From NCBI GenBank assembly GCA_934098735.1, contig CAKOOS010000001.1, forward strand, positions 157,541 through 221,540: DNA of 64,000 bases, given 5' to 3'. Numbering within the stretch: position 1 is the first letter of the stretch; every line of letters starts with the position of its first letter. Below, piece by piece: positions 42,996-52,222 of the stretch. This DNA is from an uncultured Bacilli bacterium. Lineage in GTDB: Bacteria > Bacillota_I > Bacilli_A > RF39 > UBA660. A program made the position numbers and the translations under genes. The notes below the pieces were generated by a model. It was not told the origin of the DNA. It searched no databases and saw only the letters and a program-made list of their open reading frames with translations.

Positions 42996-43218
42996 AAGGT
43001 ATTGGCAAATATAATCTTATTTGTTATAATTAAGTTGCCTAGAAGGAATCTATGTCTATTTAAAACCGACTAGATATGATATACGGGAATCTAATTGAAT
43101 TATGGTGTAGAAGACTTATCCATTAAGTGAATAAGGATCCTAAAGTAGTTCATGTGATGCCCACCTCGCGAGAGCGGGTTTTTATCAAAGCAAGATTTCT
43201 TCTGGGTTTTATTATGGA

Positions 43219-43899
43219 GTGATTTTAATGTTTGAAAGGTTAGAAAGATTGGTTGGAAAAGAAGCAGTTGAAAAAATAAATCAAAAGAATATTTTATTAG
43301 TTGGAGTAGGTGGTGTCGGAGGTACAGTTTTAGAAGCTTTGGTTCGATCTGGTATTAAAAACATAACTATTGCAGATGGTGATGTTTTTGATGAATCAAA
43401 TTTGAATAGACAAATATTATCTACTCAGGAAGTAATTGGTCAAAAAAAGGTTGATGTGGCAAAAAAAAGAGTTCTTGATATTAATAGAGATGCTAATATT
43501 CAAACAATAGATTATAATTTAACTGAAGAAAGTATAAGTAACTTAGATAAAAATTATGATTTTATTATCGACGCTTGTGATGATGTTAAAGCTAAATTAA
43601 AATTAATGAAATTTGCAGAATTTAATAATATTTCCATAATTTGTTCAATGGGAACTGGAAAAAGACTAAATCCTAGTATGGTTAAAATTAGTACGTTAAA
43701 TAAAACTTATAATGATCCGCTTTCTAAAAAAATTAGATATGAAGCTAAAAAAATGGGTATTAATACTAATATACCCGTTGTATTTTCTGAAGAACTTCCT
43801 TACAATAGTGATAATGTTGTTGCTTCAAGTATATTTGTTCCTAGTTGTGCAGCTTTAAATATAGCTTATTATGTTATAAAAAAAATAATTAAACCTTGA
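43219..43899 (+). CDS. ThiF/MoeB/HesA-family E1-like protein (TcdA/YrvM-like tRNA t6A dehydratase)
   Basis: Rossmann motif VGVGGVGG and the DGDVFDESNLNRQ motif. Confidence 0.75.
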   Translation: MILMFERLERLVGKEAVEKINQKNILLVGVGGVGGTVLEALVRSGIKNITIADGDVFDESNLNRQILSTQEVIGQKKVDVAKKRVLDINRDANIQTIDYNLTEESISNLDKNYDFIIDACDDVKAKLKLMKFAEFNNISIICSMGTGKRLNPSMVKISTLNKTYNDPLSKKIRYEAKKMGINTNIPVVFSEELPYNSDNVVASSIFVPSCAALNIAYYVIKKIIKP

Positions 43900-43908
43900 T
43901 TGATTTAA

Positions 43909-44883
43909 TTATTTTTTTGTTATAAGGAAACTTACAAGGGTATTGGGATTTTCTCCATTATAAACAATGTTATAAATGATTGTTATGAGGTCTATTTGTA
44001 CATTTTTTCTATTTAAAATACGATATACGGTGTCTAAAGTGTAATATCCTTCAACAGTATTGTGAGCTAAATAATCATTTATTTTTTGAACATTATTAGT
44101 ACTTCCAATTACATAGCCAAAACTAAAGTTTCTACTTTTTGTGCTTGTACATGTTAACATTAAATCTCCAATGCCAGCGAATGATAAAACTGTTTTAGGC
44201 TTTCCACCAAAATAATAAATTATATCTTTGATATCATGCATAGCTTCATTTATTAAAAATGCTTGTGTTGAGTCATTATAACCTAATCCTTTTAATATAC
44301 CAGATGCAATAGCTATAATATTCTTAATAGCTCCACAAATTTGTATACCAATAATATCATTTGTTGGTCTTAATTTTAGGGTATTACTCGAAAGAGTTTT
44401 TAAAACTAAGTTACGAGCTTTTTTGCTTATAGATCCTAGAGCTAAAGCAACCGGTTCATTATTTAAAATATCTACTGCAAAGGTAGGTCCAGATATAACT
44501 GCAATATGTTTTGTTTTTAAGTTTTTTCTAACTATATCACTTAAAAAACACTCGCTTGTTTCTTCAATTCCTTTAGAAGCGATGCAAACAGGTGCATTTT
44601 TATGATAAAATGGTTTTATTTTTTGAACAACACTATCGACGTATTTACTTGCAGTTATGATATAAATTATTTGGGTATCTTTTAGGACTTCTTCCATGTT
44701 TGTACTTATTTTTATATTTTTAGAAAGTGTGGCATCTATTATTGAAGATACTTTCTTTGTTTTTTTGTATTCTTCATATTTTTCTTGACTTTCTGTCCAA
44801 ATACAAATTTTATTATCATTTTTTGCTAAGAGACTACTTATGGCTATACTATAAATTCCTAATCCAATAACACTTATTTTCAT
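43909..44883 (-). CDS. gpsA: NAD(P)H-dependent glycerol-3-phosphate dehydrogenase
   Basis: N-terminal Rossmann motif and ICGAIKNIIAIASGI (GALKNVIAIAAG-like). Confidence 0.75.
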   Translation of the reverse strand: MKISVIGLGIYSIAISSLLAKNDNKICIWTESQEKYEEYKKTKKVSSIIDATLSKNIKISTNMEEVLKDTQIIYIITASKYVDSVVQKIKPFYHKNAPVCIASKGIEETSECFLSDIVRKNLKTKHIAVISGPTFAVDILNNEPVALALGSISKKARNLVLKTLSSNTLKLRPTNDIIGIQICGAIKNIIAIASGILKGLGYNDSTQAFLINEAMHDIKDIIYYFGGKPKTVLSFAGIGDLMLTCTSTKSRNFSFGYVIGSTNNVQKINDYLAHNTVEGYYTLDTVYRILNRKNVQIDLITIIYNIVYNGENPNTLVSFLITKK

Positions 44884-46080
44884 TTAATTCTTCCTCATTT
44901 CTTCATGTAATTTATTTAAATTCATTTCTATTTTATTATTTTTAGGCTGATAATATTTTCTTCCTTGAAGCTGTTTTGGCATATATTCTTGTTTTACCCA
45001 ATCGTTTGGATAGTTGTGAGGATAAAGGTAATTTGGACTGGATGTTTTTATGTTATCAGGAACATTTCCAGTATTTCCTTTATGGATGTCATTAATTGCT
45101 GCATCTAAAGCTAAGTGAGAACTATTACTTTTTGGCGATAATGCCATTTCTACAACTATTTGTCCTAAAGGAATGCGAGCTTCCGGAAGTCCAACTAATT
45201 CCGCAGCACTAATCGCAGCCATTACACGAGGTCCAATTCCTGGGTTAGCCATGCCTATATCTTCATAAGCAATTACACTTAGACGTCTATATATACTATC
45301 TAAATCTTCAGCTTCAATAAGCCTTGCTAAATAATGTAAAGAAGCATCAACGTCGCTTCCTCTAATGGACTTTTGAAATGCACTTAGTACATCATAATGC
45401 CCATCTTCATTTTTATCATGAAAAAATACTGGTTTGCTATTTATTTTTTTGATATTTTCTATAGATATATTTCCGTCTGAAGTAGAGTAGTAGGCTACTT
45501 CTAATAAATTAAATGCATATCGCATGTCGCCACTTGCTAAAGAGGCAATATAGTTTAATGTTTCATCTTCTACTTTTATATTATCAAAATTTTTTAAACT
45601 TTTTTTAAGTCCTTTAAATATATCTTCTGAATTTAATTCATGAAGTTCAAAAATTTGACATCTACTTCGGATTGCTGGATTTATTTTATGATAGGGATTA
45701 GATGTTGTAAGTCCTATTAAAATTATAGTTCCATTTTCTATATATGGTAGTAATATGTCTTGTTTATCTTTATTCATTCTATGAATTTCATCAATGATTA
45801 AAACTAATTCTCCATAAAATTTAGCTTCTTCAATAGCAGAATCAAAATCACTTTTGTTATTTATTGTGGCATTCATAAACTTATAATGTAAATTAAGTTC
45901 TCCGACAATTGCAGTTGCTAAACTTGTTTTTCCTATTCCTGGTTTGCCATATAAAATCATTGAAAAAATTTTCTTGTTTTTAACAAGATTAGTAATTATT
46001 TTATCATCACCAATTAAATGTTCTTGACCAATAATATCATCTAATTTTTTTGGCCTTAATTTATCTGCTAAAATTTCCAT
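44884..46080 (-). CDS. rarA: replication-associated recombination protein RarA/MgsA (AAA ATPase)
   Basis: Walker A LYGKPGIGKTS, Walker B IIDEIHRMNK, MgsA C-terminal domain. Confidence 0.85.
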   Translation of the reverse strand: MEILADKLRPKKLDDIIGQEHLIGDDKIITNLVKNKKIFSMILYGKPGIGKTSLATAIVGELNLHYKFMNATINNKSDFDSAIEEAKFYGELVLIIDEIHRMNKDKQDILLPYIENGTIILIGLTTSNPYHKINPAIRSRCQIFELHELNSEDIFKGLKKSLKNFDNIKVEDETLNYIASLASGDMRYAFNLLEVAYYSTSDGNISIENIKKINSKPVFFHDKNEDGHYDVLSAFQKSIRGSDVDASLHYLARLIEAEDLDSIYRRLSVIAYEDIGMANPGIGPRVMAAISAAELVGLPEARIPLGQIVVEMALSPKSNSSHLALDAAINDIHKGNTGNVPDNIKTSSPNYLYPHNYPNDWVKQEYMPKQLQGRKYYQPKNNKIEMNLNKLHEEMRKN

Positions 46081-46150
46081 AATATCACGATATAATTATA
46101 GCACAATTGTTTTAAAAGCGATATAATGAATATAGAAATAGGTGAAACTA

Positions 46151-47047
46151 ATGAGAAATATTATTAATGAAGTAAATGATAAAGATGCAATTGATTTTTT
46201 AGAATATTTAAAATATGAAAGAAGAGTTTCTGCAAATACAATTGATTCTTATGGAGAAAATTTAAAATTATTAAATGATACTTTAAATAAACCTTTAATT
46301 ACTTTAAATTCGGATGATATACGAGAATTTCTTACAAATAGTACGGCGACACATAGAACTAAAGCTCATTATTTAACTGTATTTAATTCTTTTTATAAGT
46401 ATTTACTTTTTATGGAAAAAATAAATAAAAATCCTTGTGATGGAATTAAAAGTCCTAAAGTTGCTAAGAAGTTGCCTAATTATTTAACAACTGAAGAAAT
46501 TGATAAACTATTTGATATTCGGCTATATAAACCGTTAGATTATAGAAATAAGGCTATGTTAGAGTTATTATTTGCAACGGGAACAAGAATAAGTGAACTT
46601 ATAAATTTAAAACTTTATCAAATCGACTTTGAAGAATGCATAATAAGAGTTGAAGGAAAAGGAAAGAAAGAAAGAATAGTTCCTGTTGGAAATAGGGCGT
46701 TAAATGCCTTAAATGATTATATTAATATTTATAGACCTTTTTTATTGAAAAAAGAAAATACAGATTTTGTTTTTATAAATAAAGATGGTAAGCCAATAAG
46801 TAGACAAGGATTTTTCAAAATTTTAAAAAAAATAGCTAAAAATGCTGGTATAACAAAAGAAATATCTCCTCATGTTTTGCGACATTCTTTTGCAACACAT
46901 TTACTTAATAATGGGGCTGATCTAAGAGTAATACAAGAACTACTAGGACATGAAAATCTTGAAACTACTCAAATTTATTCTCATTTAAATAACAAAAAAA
47001 TAGAGGATGATTATAATAATCATCCCCATGCACATCTTGAAAACTAA
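46151..47047 (+). CDS. site-specific tyrosine recombinase, XerC/XerD family
   Basis: R...HxxR...Y catalytic pattern HVLRHSFATHLL...LLGHENLETTQIYSHL. AGGTGA RBS before ATG 46151. Confidence 0.8.
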   Translation: MRNIINEVNDKDAIDFLEYLKYERRVSANTIDSYGENLKLLNDTLNKPLITLNSDDIREFLTNSTATHRTKAHYLTVFNSFYKYLLFMEKINKNPCDGIKSPKVAKKLPNYLTTEEIDKLFDIRLYKPLDYRNKAMLELLFATGTRISELINLKLYQIDFEECIIRVEGKGKKERIVPVGNRALNALNDYINIYRPFLLKKENTDFVFINKDGKPISRQGFFKILKKIAKNAGITKEISPHVLRHSFATHLLNNGADLRVIQELLGHENLETTQIYSHLNNKKIEDDYNNHPHAHLEN

Positions 47048-47164
47048 TTAGTCACAGTTTTCAGTACGAGCATTGTTACGTGCTTTAGAATTATTTCTTG
47101 CACTATTAGAAGATTTAGCATTATTTCTTGCTTTGCTTCTAGCGTTTTCTCTAGCTTTGCTCAT
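47048..47164 (-). CDS. unannotated 38-aa basic repetitive small protein (MSKARENARSKARNNAKSSNSARNNSKARNNARTENCD)
   Basis: GGAGGT RBS 11 nt upstream of ATG (rc of 47162-47164). Three A-R-N-N-[AS]-[KR]-[AST] repeats. Convergent with the recombinase gene. Confidence 0.4.
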   Translation of the reverse strand: MSKARENARSKARNNAKSSNSARNNSKARNNARTENCD

Positions 47165-47248
47165 TATTTAATTTACCTCCCATTATTATTATGTATAAGT
47201 TTAATTCTTTTAGTCATATATTTAATGGAAATATAAGGAAGTGAAATT

Positions 47249-47878
47249 ATGAAAATTATCGGAATTACAACGCGTATTTTAACTAATGAAATAGACCAGA
47301 AAATTGAAAAAGTTCCTCATTCACTTATAAATAAAATTACTAATTGTGGTGCTATACCTATAATTATTCCATTTACAGATAAAGAAAAATTAATAGAAAT
47401 AGTGAATCTTTGCGATGGTTTTGTTATTCCTGGAGGGAATACTTGGCATGTTTTGGATGAAATAATTATTAATTATGCTATTAAAAATGATAAACCTCTT
47501 CTTGGAATTTGTGCTGGAATGCAAGCTCTAGGAAATATTCATAATTTTTGTGGAACTAATGATAGTGATCAAAGTGTTTTAATTAATAGCAAAATAAATC
47601 ATTATGATAGTAAGCATGAATATGTTCATGATGTAAATATTACTGGTTCACTTATGAAAAAAATATTGCATAAAGATAGTATTCAAGTTAATAGTAGACA
47701 TCATTATAAAATAGAAAAATATCCGTATTATAATGTGGAAGCTTTAAGTTCAGATGGAATAATTGAAGCTATAAGTTTTCCAAACAAAAAGTTTATTTTA
47801 GGTGTTCAGTGGCATCCAGAAGATTTAAATGATGAAAATAGTGAAAGACTTTTTGAATATTTTATTAATAGTTTATAA
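47249..47878 (+). CDS. class I glutamine amidotransferase-like (peptidase C26 / gamma-glutamyl hydrolase family)
   Basis: Catalytic-Cys motif LLGICAGMQAL and GVQWHPE. Confidence 0.75.
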   Translation: MKIIGITTRILTNEIDQKIEKVPHSLINKITNCGAIPIIIPFTDKEKLIEIVNLCDGFVIPGGNTWHVLDEIIINYAIKNDKPLLGICAGMQALGNIHNFCGTNDSDQSVLINSKINHYDSKHEYVHDVNITGSLMKKILHKDSIQVNSRHHYKIEKYPYYNVEALSSDGIIEAISFPNKKFILGVQWHPEDLNDENSERLFEYFINSL

Positions 47879-48285
47879 TAATTATATCTAAAAAAAATTA
47901 TCCATGGTAAATCTTGGATAGTTTTAATTGTTATTTTCTATTAGCAGTTTTTTTCAATTTTGTCATCATCTTTGGCTTTATTTCTTTTTTTTAATATTTT
48001 AATAAATTCTTCTTTATAGTTTCGATTGCTTAATTCTCTTATATTGTCATTATATATAGCATCACCGTTATTATTTACTAAATCATTAAAATTTTTGTAT
48101 TTGTATGTATTTTTAACTTTTGTTTTTAAATATTCCTTGTTATCACTTAGTTTTTCAAAGATAATTATAACATTAAAATGAGATTTTTAAATAATTTAAA
48201 TTAAAAATGGAGAAGGGGAGAATATTAATATTTTGATAATAATATTATTTAGAAAAAATTTTCATATAAATTAATAAGGTGATTT

Positions 48286-49038
48286 ATGAAAACATTTATT
48301 CCTTTTTTAATATCTACAATTGCAGGTCTTTCAACAATTATTGGGGCTTTATTAATTTTTTTAAAAATCAAAGAAGAAAGATTAAACAAATTTATTAGTT
48401 TTTGTTTAGCTTTTTCGGTAGCAATAATGATAGGAATTAGTGTATTTGATTTAATTCCTACATCTTTTTTTAAAGTTATAAGTTTATATGGTTTTACTAA
48501 AACAAGTTTGCTTTTAATAGTTTCATTTTTATTAAGTTATATAATAATTACAATTCTTATTACTTTAATTAATAAAGATGAAAAAAAAGAAGAATTATAT
48601 CAATTAGGAATTTTGAATATGGTTGTATTGATGCTTCATAATTTGCCAGAAGGTGTTGCAACTTTTTTGAGTAGTTATCATGATATTAATTTAGGAATAA
48701 AACTTAGTATTGCTATTATGCTACATAATATACCAGAGGGTATTGCTATAGCTGTTCCAATATATTATTCAACCCATAGTAAGAAAAAAGCTTTTAATGC
48801 AACAATTATATCTGGACTTTCTGAACCCTTGGGAGCTTTACTTGCTTATTTATTTTTAAAGGACTTTGTAAATGACTTTATTATTAGTATTATTTTAATT
48901 ATTGTAGCAGGCCTTATGATTACATTATCTATTCAAGAGATGTATCCAAAGGCTTTAAAATACCATGAGAAAAGAAGCTTAAAATTGGGATTGTTATTGG
49001 GTTTTATATTAGTCATTTTAAATATTTTCCTTAGTTAA
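48286..49038 (+). CDS. ZIP family metal transporter (second copy in window)
   Basis: HNLPEGVATF and HNIPEGIAIAVP motifs. Polytopic membrane protein. Confidence 0.8.
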   Translation: MKTFIPFLISTIAGLSTIIGALLIFLKIKEERLNKFISFCLAFSVAIMIGISVFDLIPTSFFKVISLYGFTKTSLLLIVSFLLSYIIITILITLINKDEKKEELYQLGILNMVVLMLHNLPEGVATFLSSYHDINLGIKLSIAIMLHNIPEGIAIAVPIYYSTHSKKKAFNATIISGLSEPLGALLAYLFLKDFVNDFIISIILIIVAGLMITLSIQEMYPKALKYHEKRSLKLGLLLGFILVILNIFLS

Positions 49039-49539
49039 ATATAGATAGAGTAGGGATAATAATAAATATTTAAATATTACTTAATTATTAAGAATTATAG
49101 CTTTTTGCAACTTGAAATAAATTCTAAAAAAAAGAATTATTTATTAAACATGTAGTTAAAATTGGTTATTTGGACGTCCTTAGACGTTCAAGTTTTCTTA
49201 TATTACGGTATTTAGATGACCATAATAACCAATATTATTTGCATAATTAAGTTAACATAATATATATTATTTTAAGAATATAATTAATTAATTTTTGGGT
49301 TTTTTAGGTTGTTTTAAAATTAATTTATTATAAGTTTTTTTATCATGCTATTGTACTTTATTTGAAAATTTTAAGAATTTGTATTGATATGAATTACGAA
49401 TTCAATTTATAAATTTATGTTTATATAAATTTAAATTAAAAAATTGTTTTAAATTTAATATTCATGCATCTGTGCTTATAACCTTATTATTATATATAAA
49501 TAAGGTTATATATATATGTAATAACTTTTTGCAAAAGGT

Positions 49540-49583
49540 AAAAAAACTCCCTACTACTTTAAAAAAATTAAGTAGGGGGAGTG
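49540..49583 (-). terminator. rho-independent terminator for the minus-strand operon ending at 49584
   Basis: CTCCCTACT...AGTAGGGGGAG inverted repeat with a T-run on the minus strand. Confidence 0.5.
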
Positions 49584-50537
49584 TTAGTTAATTTTTCTAA
49601 ATATAATTGTTAAAATAGATGCTAAGATAATATCTATTAGTATCTTACTAATTAGTAAATTAATATTTAAAAGATTATAAAGGACATAAATAAAGAAGCT
49701 TGCTAAAACTAATCTAAATATTTTTCTTAATATTAGCTTTAAGTTGTTTTTTATTAAATTGTTTTTATATATCATTTGATAGTTCATAATTATATGTAAC
49801 ACTATCCCTACTACTTCAGATATAGTGTTTGCTATGATAATTCCTTTTAAATCATTAATATCGTTGCGTAAATAAAATATTATTATAAATAATATTAAAG
49901 AAATTAAATAAGGAATAACGGCTTTTAAAACAAAAGGAATTAGACTTTTTAGGTAGGGGATAACTCTTTTGCTACTTTCCCCCACTCTTTTTTCATTTTT
50001 TCGCCAAACTGTCTTTATATTTGTTTCTTTTATTTTAATATTTTGAGACAAAGCTGTAATTAAATAATTACTACTATTTTCTTGAATACTTTTTTCTAAT
50101 TCATTAAACAAATTAGCATTTATTACTTTTAATTCTGGTAATACACTTTTAAAATTAGTGTTAAATAAATTGTTAAATAAAGTATTTACTAAAACTTCAT
50201 TTATAGATACGTTTTCATTTGTACCTAATATTATTTTTTGAGGATTTTTATTTGACTCTTCGCAACATTTTATAATGTCATCGCATACTACATCCACAAT
50301 ATTATCAATAAATACCAGTGTTTGAATATCAGATTTACTATCTAAATAACTGTTTATTTTTGCTAAAGCTGTTTTTTCATTTCCATCAATAATAGAAAAA
50401 TTAGTATCTAAAGCATCTTTACTTTTATTAAATATTATAATATTTTCAAAATAAAGATTTAATTCCTTTAAAGTTTTTTGAAAACGATTAAAATCTCCTT
50501 GATACCAATTTGCAATAATTAAAATACCTTTATTCAT
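49584..50537 (-). CDS. hypothetical protein: ~195-aa cytoplasmic N-terminal domain plus C-terminal 3-4 TM helices
   Basis: Hydrophobic C-terminal third. No catalytic motif recognised. Confidence 0.45.
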   Translation of the reverse strand: MNKGILIIANWYQGDFNRFQKTLKELNLYFENIIIFNKSKDALDTNFSIIDGNEKTALAKINSYLDSKSDIQTLVFIDNIVDVVCDDIIKCCEESNKNPQKIILGTNENVSINEVLVNTLFNNLFNTNFKSVLPELKVINANLFNELEKSIQENSSNYLITALSQNIKIKETNIKTVWRKNEKRVGESSKRVIPYLKSLIPFVLKAVIPYLISLILFIIIFYLRNDINDLKGIIIANTISEVVGIVLHIIMNYQMIYKNNLIKNNLKLILRKIFRLVLASFFIYVLYNLLNINLLISKILIDIILASILTIIFRKIN

Positions 50538-50606
50538 TTAATACACCTTTTCCATTTTAACACTTTTTAAAAAAATATACTAGTTTATTTATAGTATATT
50601 TTTATT

Positions 50607-51389
50607 CTATATCGGTTCACTTTTAGTCCAATAATAGTTTTTACCATCTTTCTTAAATGTATGCTTATAAAGAGTTCCATATTTCTTTAAATATTTATAG
50701 TCTATTTTATTGTCTTTTTCGTAAGCTTTACTACATTTTTCGTTTTTGGTATCATCAATATAATTTTCATAGCATTCATTATTTACTATTTTTAAAAAAT
50801 GATCATAAATAATAATTTCATCTTTATTTTTAATGGCCTTTTCTATTGATCTATAAGTATGTGGTTCAGCTCCGACAGTATAGGTATATGTTTCAGCTAG
50901 ACCACAATAATAGTTGCCATCATAATAATAACAAATTGTAGTATCATCATATTGAAATTTTGCATAATCTGCTATTTTTTCACCATACATTTTTTCATAT
51001 TGCTTGTTTACTTTTTCTGCATCTACCTTAGTAATTGTACAAATATCATCTTCGTAATTATCTGTTGCAAATTTAAAATCATCACTTACACTACAGATGT
51101 TATTTTTCTTTGTTTTATCAATTTTCATTGTTGTTAATTCATCTTCATTTAACAAACTATAAGCAATACATATTTTATTTTCAATAGATAAATCTTTATA
51201 AGATACTGATTTAGAATCATAATTTACTAAACCGTTACATACCTGTAAATCATTATTTCCTAAATAGCTATATATTTCTTGTACTAAATTACTTTCTGTA
51301 TTTAAATTTCTTTGTTTTATAAATATGATAATAATAATTAATAAAATAATTGCTATTATAGATATAATTACATTTTTTTTGTTTTTCAT
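50607..51389 (-). CDS. hypothetical TM-anchored extracytoplasmic Cys-rich protein
   Basis: N-terminal TM (IISIIAIILLIIIIIF) followed by a domain with ~10 Cys. The ATG lies 3 nt after the stop of the upstream regulator gene. Confidence 0.45.
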   Translation of the reverse strand: MKNKKNVIISIIAIILLIIIIIFIKQRNLNTESNLVQEIYSYLGNNDLQVCNGLVNYDSKSVSYKDLSIENKICIAYSLLNEDELTTMKIDKTKKNNICSVSDDFKFATDNYEDDICTITKVDAEKVNKQYEKMYGEKIADYAKFQYDDTTICYYYDGNYYCGLAETYTYTVGAEPHTYRSIEKAIKNKDEIIIYDHFLKIVNNECYENYIDDTKNEKCSKAYEKDNKIDYKYLKKYGTLYKHTFKKDGKNYYWTKSEPI

Positions 51390-51391
51390 AA

Positions 51392-52162
51392 TTATACCTT
51401 TCTTGTTTGAATTTCAGCCATTTTTTCAAATACTTCAGCAGCATTTTCAGGATTTATATCATTATATCCTAGTTCTCTTAAAGCTTGAATCTTTACAGTA
51501 CTTAATTGTTGAGTTCTTGTAAGCTTTTCTTCATTTTTTTGTTCAATTTCTTGAATGAATCTTTTATGACTTTCTGCTAATCTGCTTTTACTAGCTCCAC
51601 CATTATTATATAGGGTTAAAGCAGTATATAATATTCCTTCAAATATAAATTGTTTTTCTTCATCAAAAGCATATTCATCAGGTTTAATAAAACCATTTGA
51701 TTTTGCCATATAACCCATTATATATTTAATTTCAGGTATATTATCCATTGATTGTAACATGAAATACATATACTTTATTGCAGCGCTAGCAGTATTATCA
51801 CCATCTTCTAATTTTTCTTTAAGTAAAAATATAAAATCATTTAACAAAGTTTTATTTTCTTTGGTTAAACCATTAAAATCTATTATTGAATCCATATTGT
51901 TTGATGATTTAATGGCGTTATTTAATCTTTTTTCTACTCCCATTAAATATTCAGTGTCGACCTTTATATTTTGAATACTTTCATTACTACCATCTTTAAT
52001 GTCTAAAAGTTGAAGTAATAAAACTTTTTTTTCTTTTGGCCACTTATCTAAACTATCTAGTACAAGATAGTTGTATACCATTTGACGAGATACCCCTAAA
52101 TATTTAGCAAGTTTTACTTTAGATAAGCCTAATTCTTGTAATAATTCATTTAATCTATCCAT
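51392..52162 (-). CDS. XRE-family HTH transcriptional regulator with ~190-aa C-terminal domain of unknown function
   Basis: N-terminal HTH LSKVKLAKYLGVSRQMVYNY. C-terminal helical domain unassigned. Confidence 0.6.
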   Translation of the reverse strand: MDRLNELLQELGLSKVKLAKYLGVSRQMVYNYLVLDSLDKWPKEKKVLLLQLLDIKDGSNESIQNIKVDTEYLMGVEKRLNNAIKSSNNMDSIIDFNGLTKENKTLLNDFIFLLKEKLEDGDNTASAAIKYMYFMLQSMDNIPEIKYIMGYMAKSNGFIKPDEYAFDEEKQFIFEGILYTALTLYNNGGASKSRLAESHKRFIQEIEQKNEEKLTRTQQLSTVKIQALRELGYNDINPENAAEVFEKMAEIQTRKV

Positions 52163-52222
52163 ACATTCACTACCTTTTTTATTTACACTTCAATTATACA
52201 TAACTTAACACTTAAAATCAAG

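Noticed and set aside
47941-48170. Long minus-strand open frame (~75 codons) in the spacer between the amidotransferase-like gene and the ZIP gene
   Set aside because: The frame contains no ATG/GTG/TTG start codon anywhere before its stop. It looks like an AT-rich open frame by chance.
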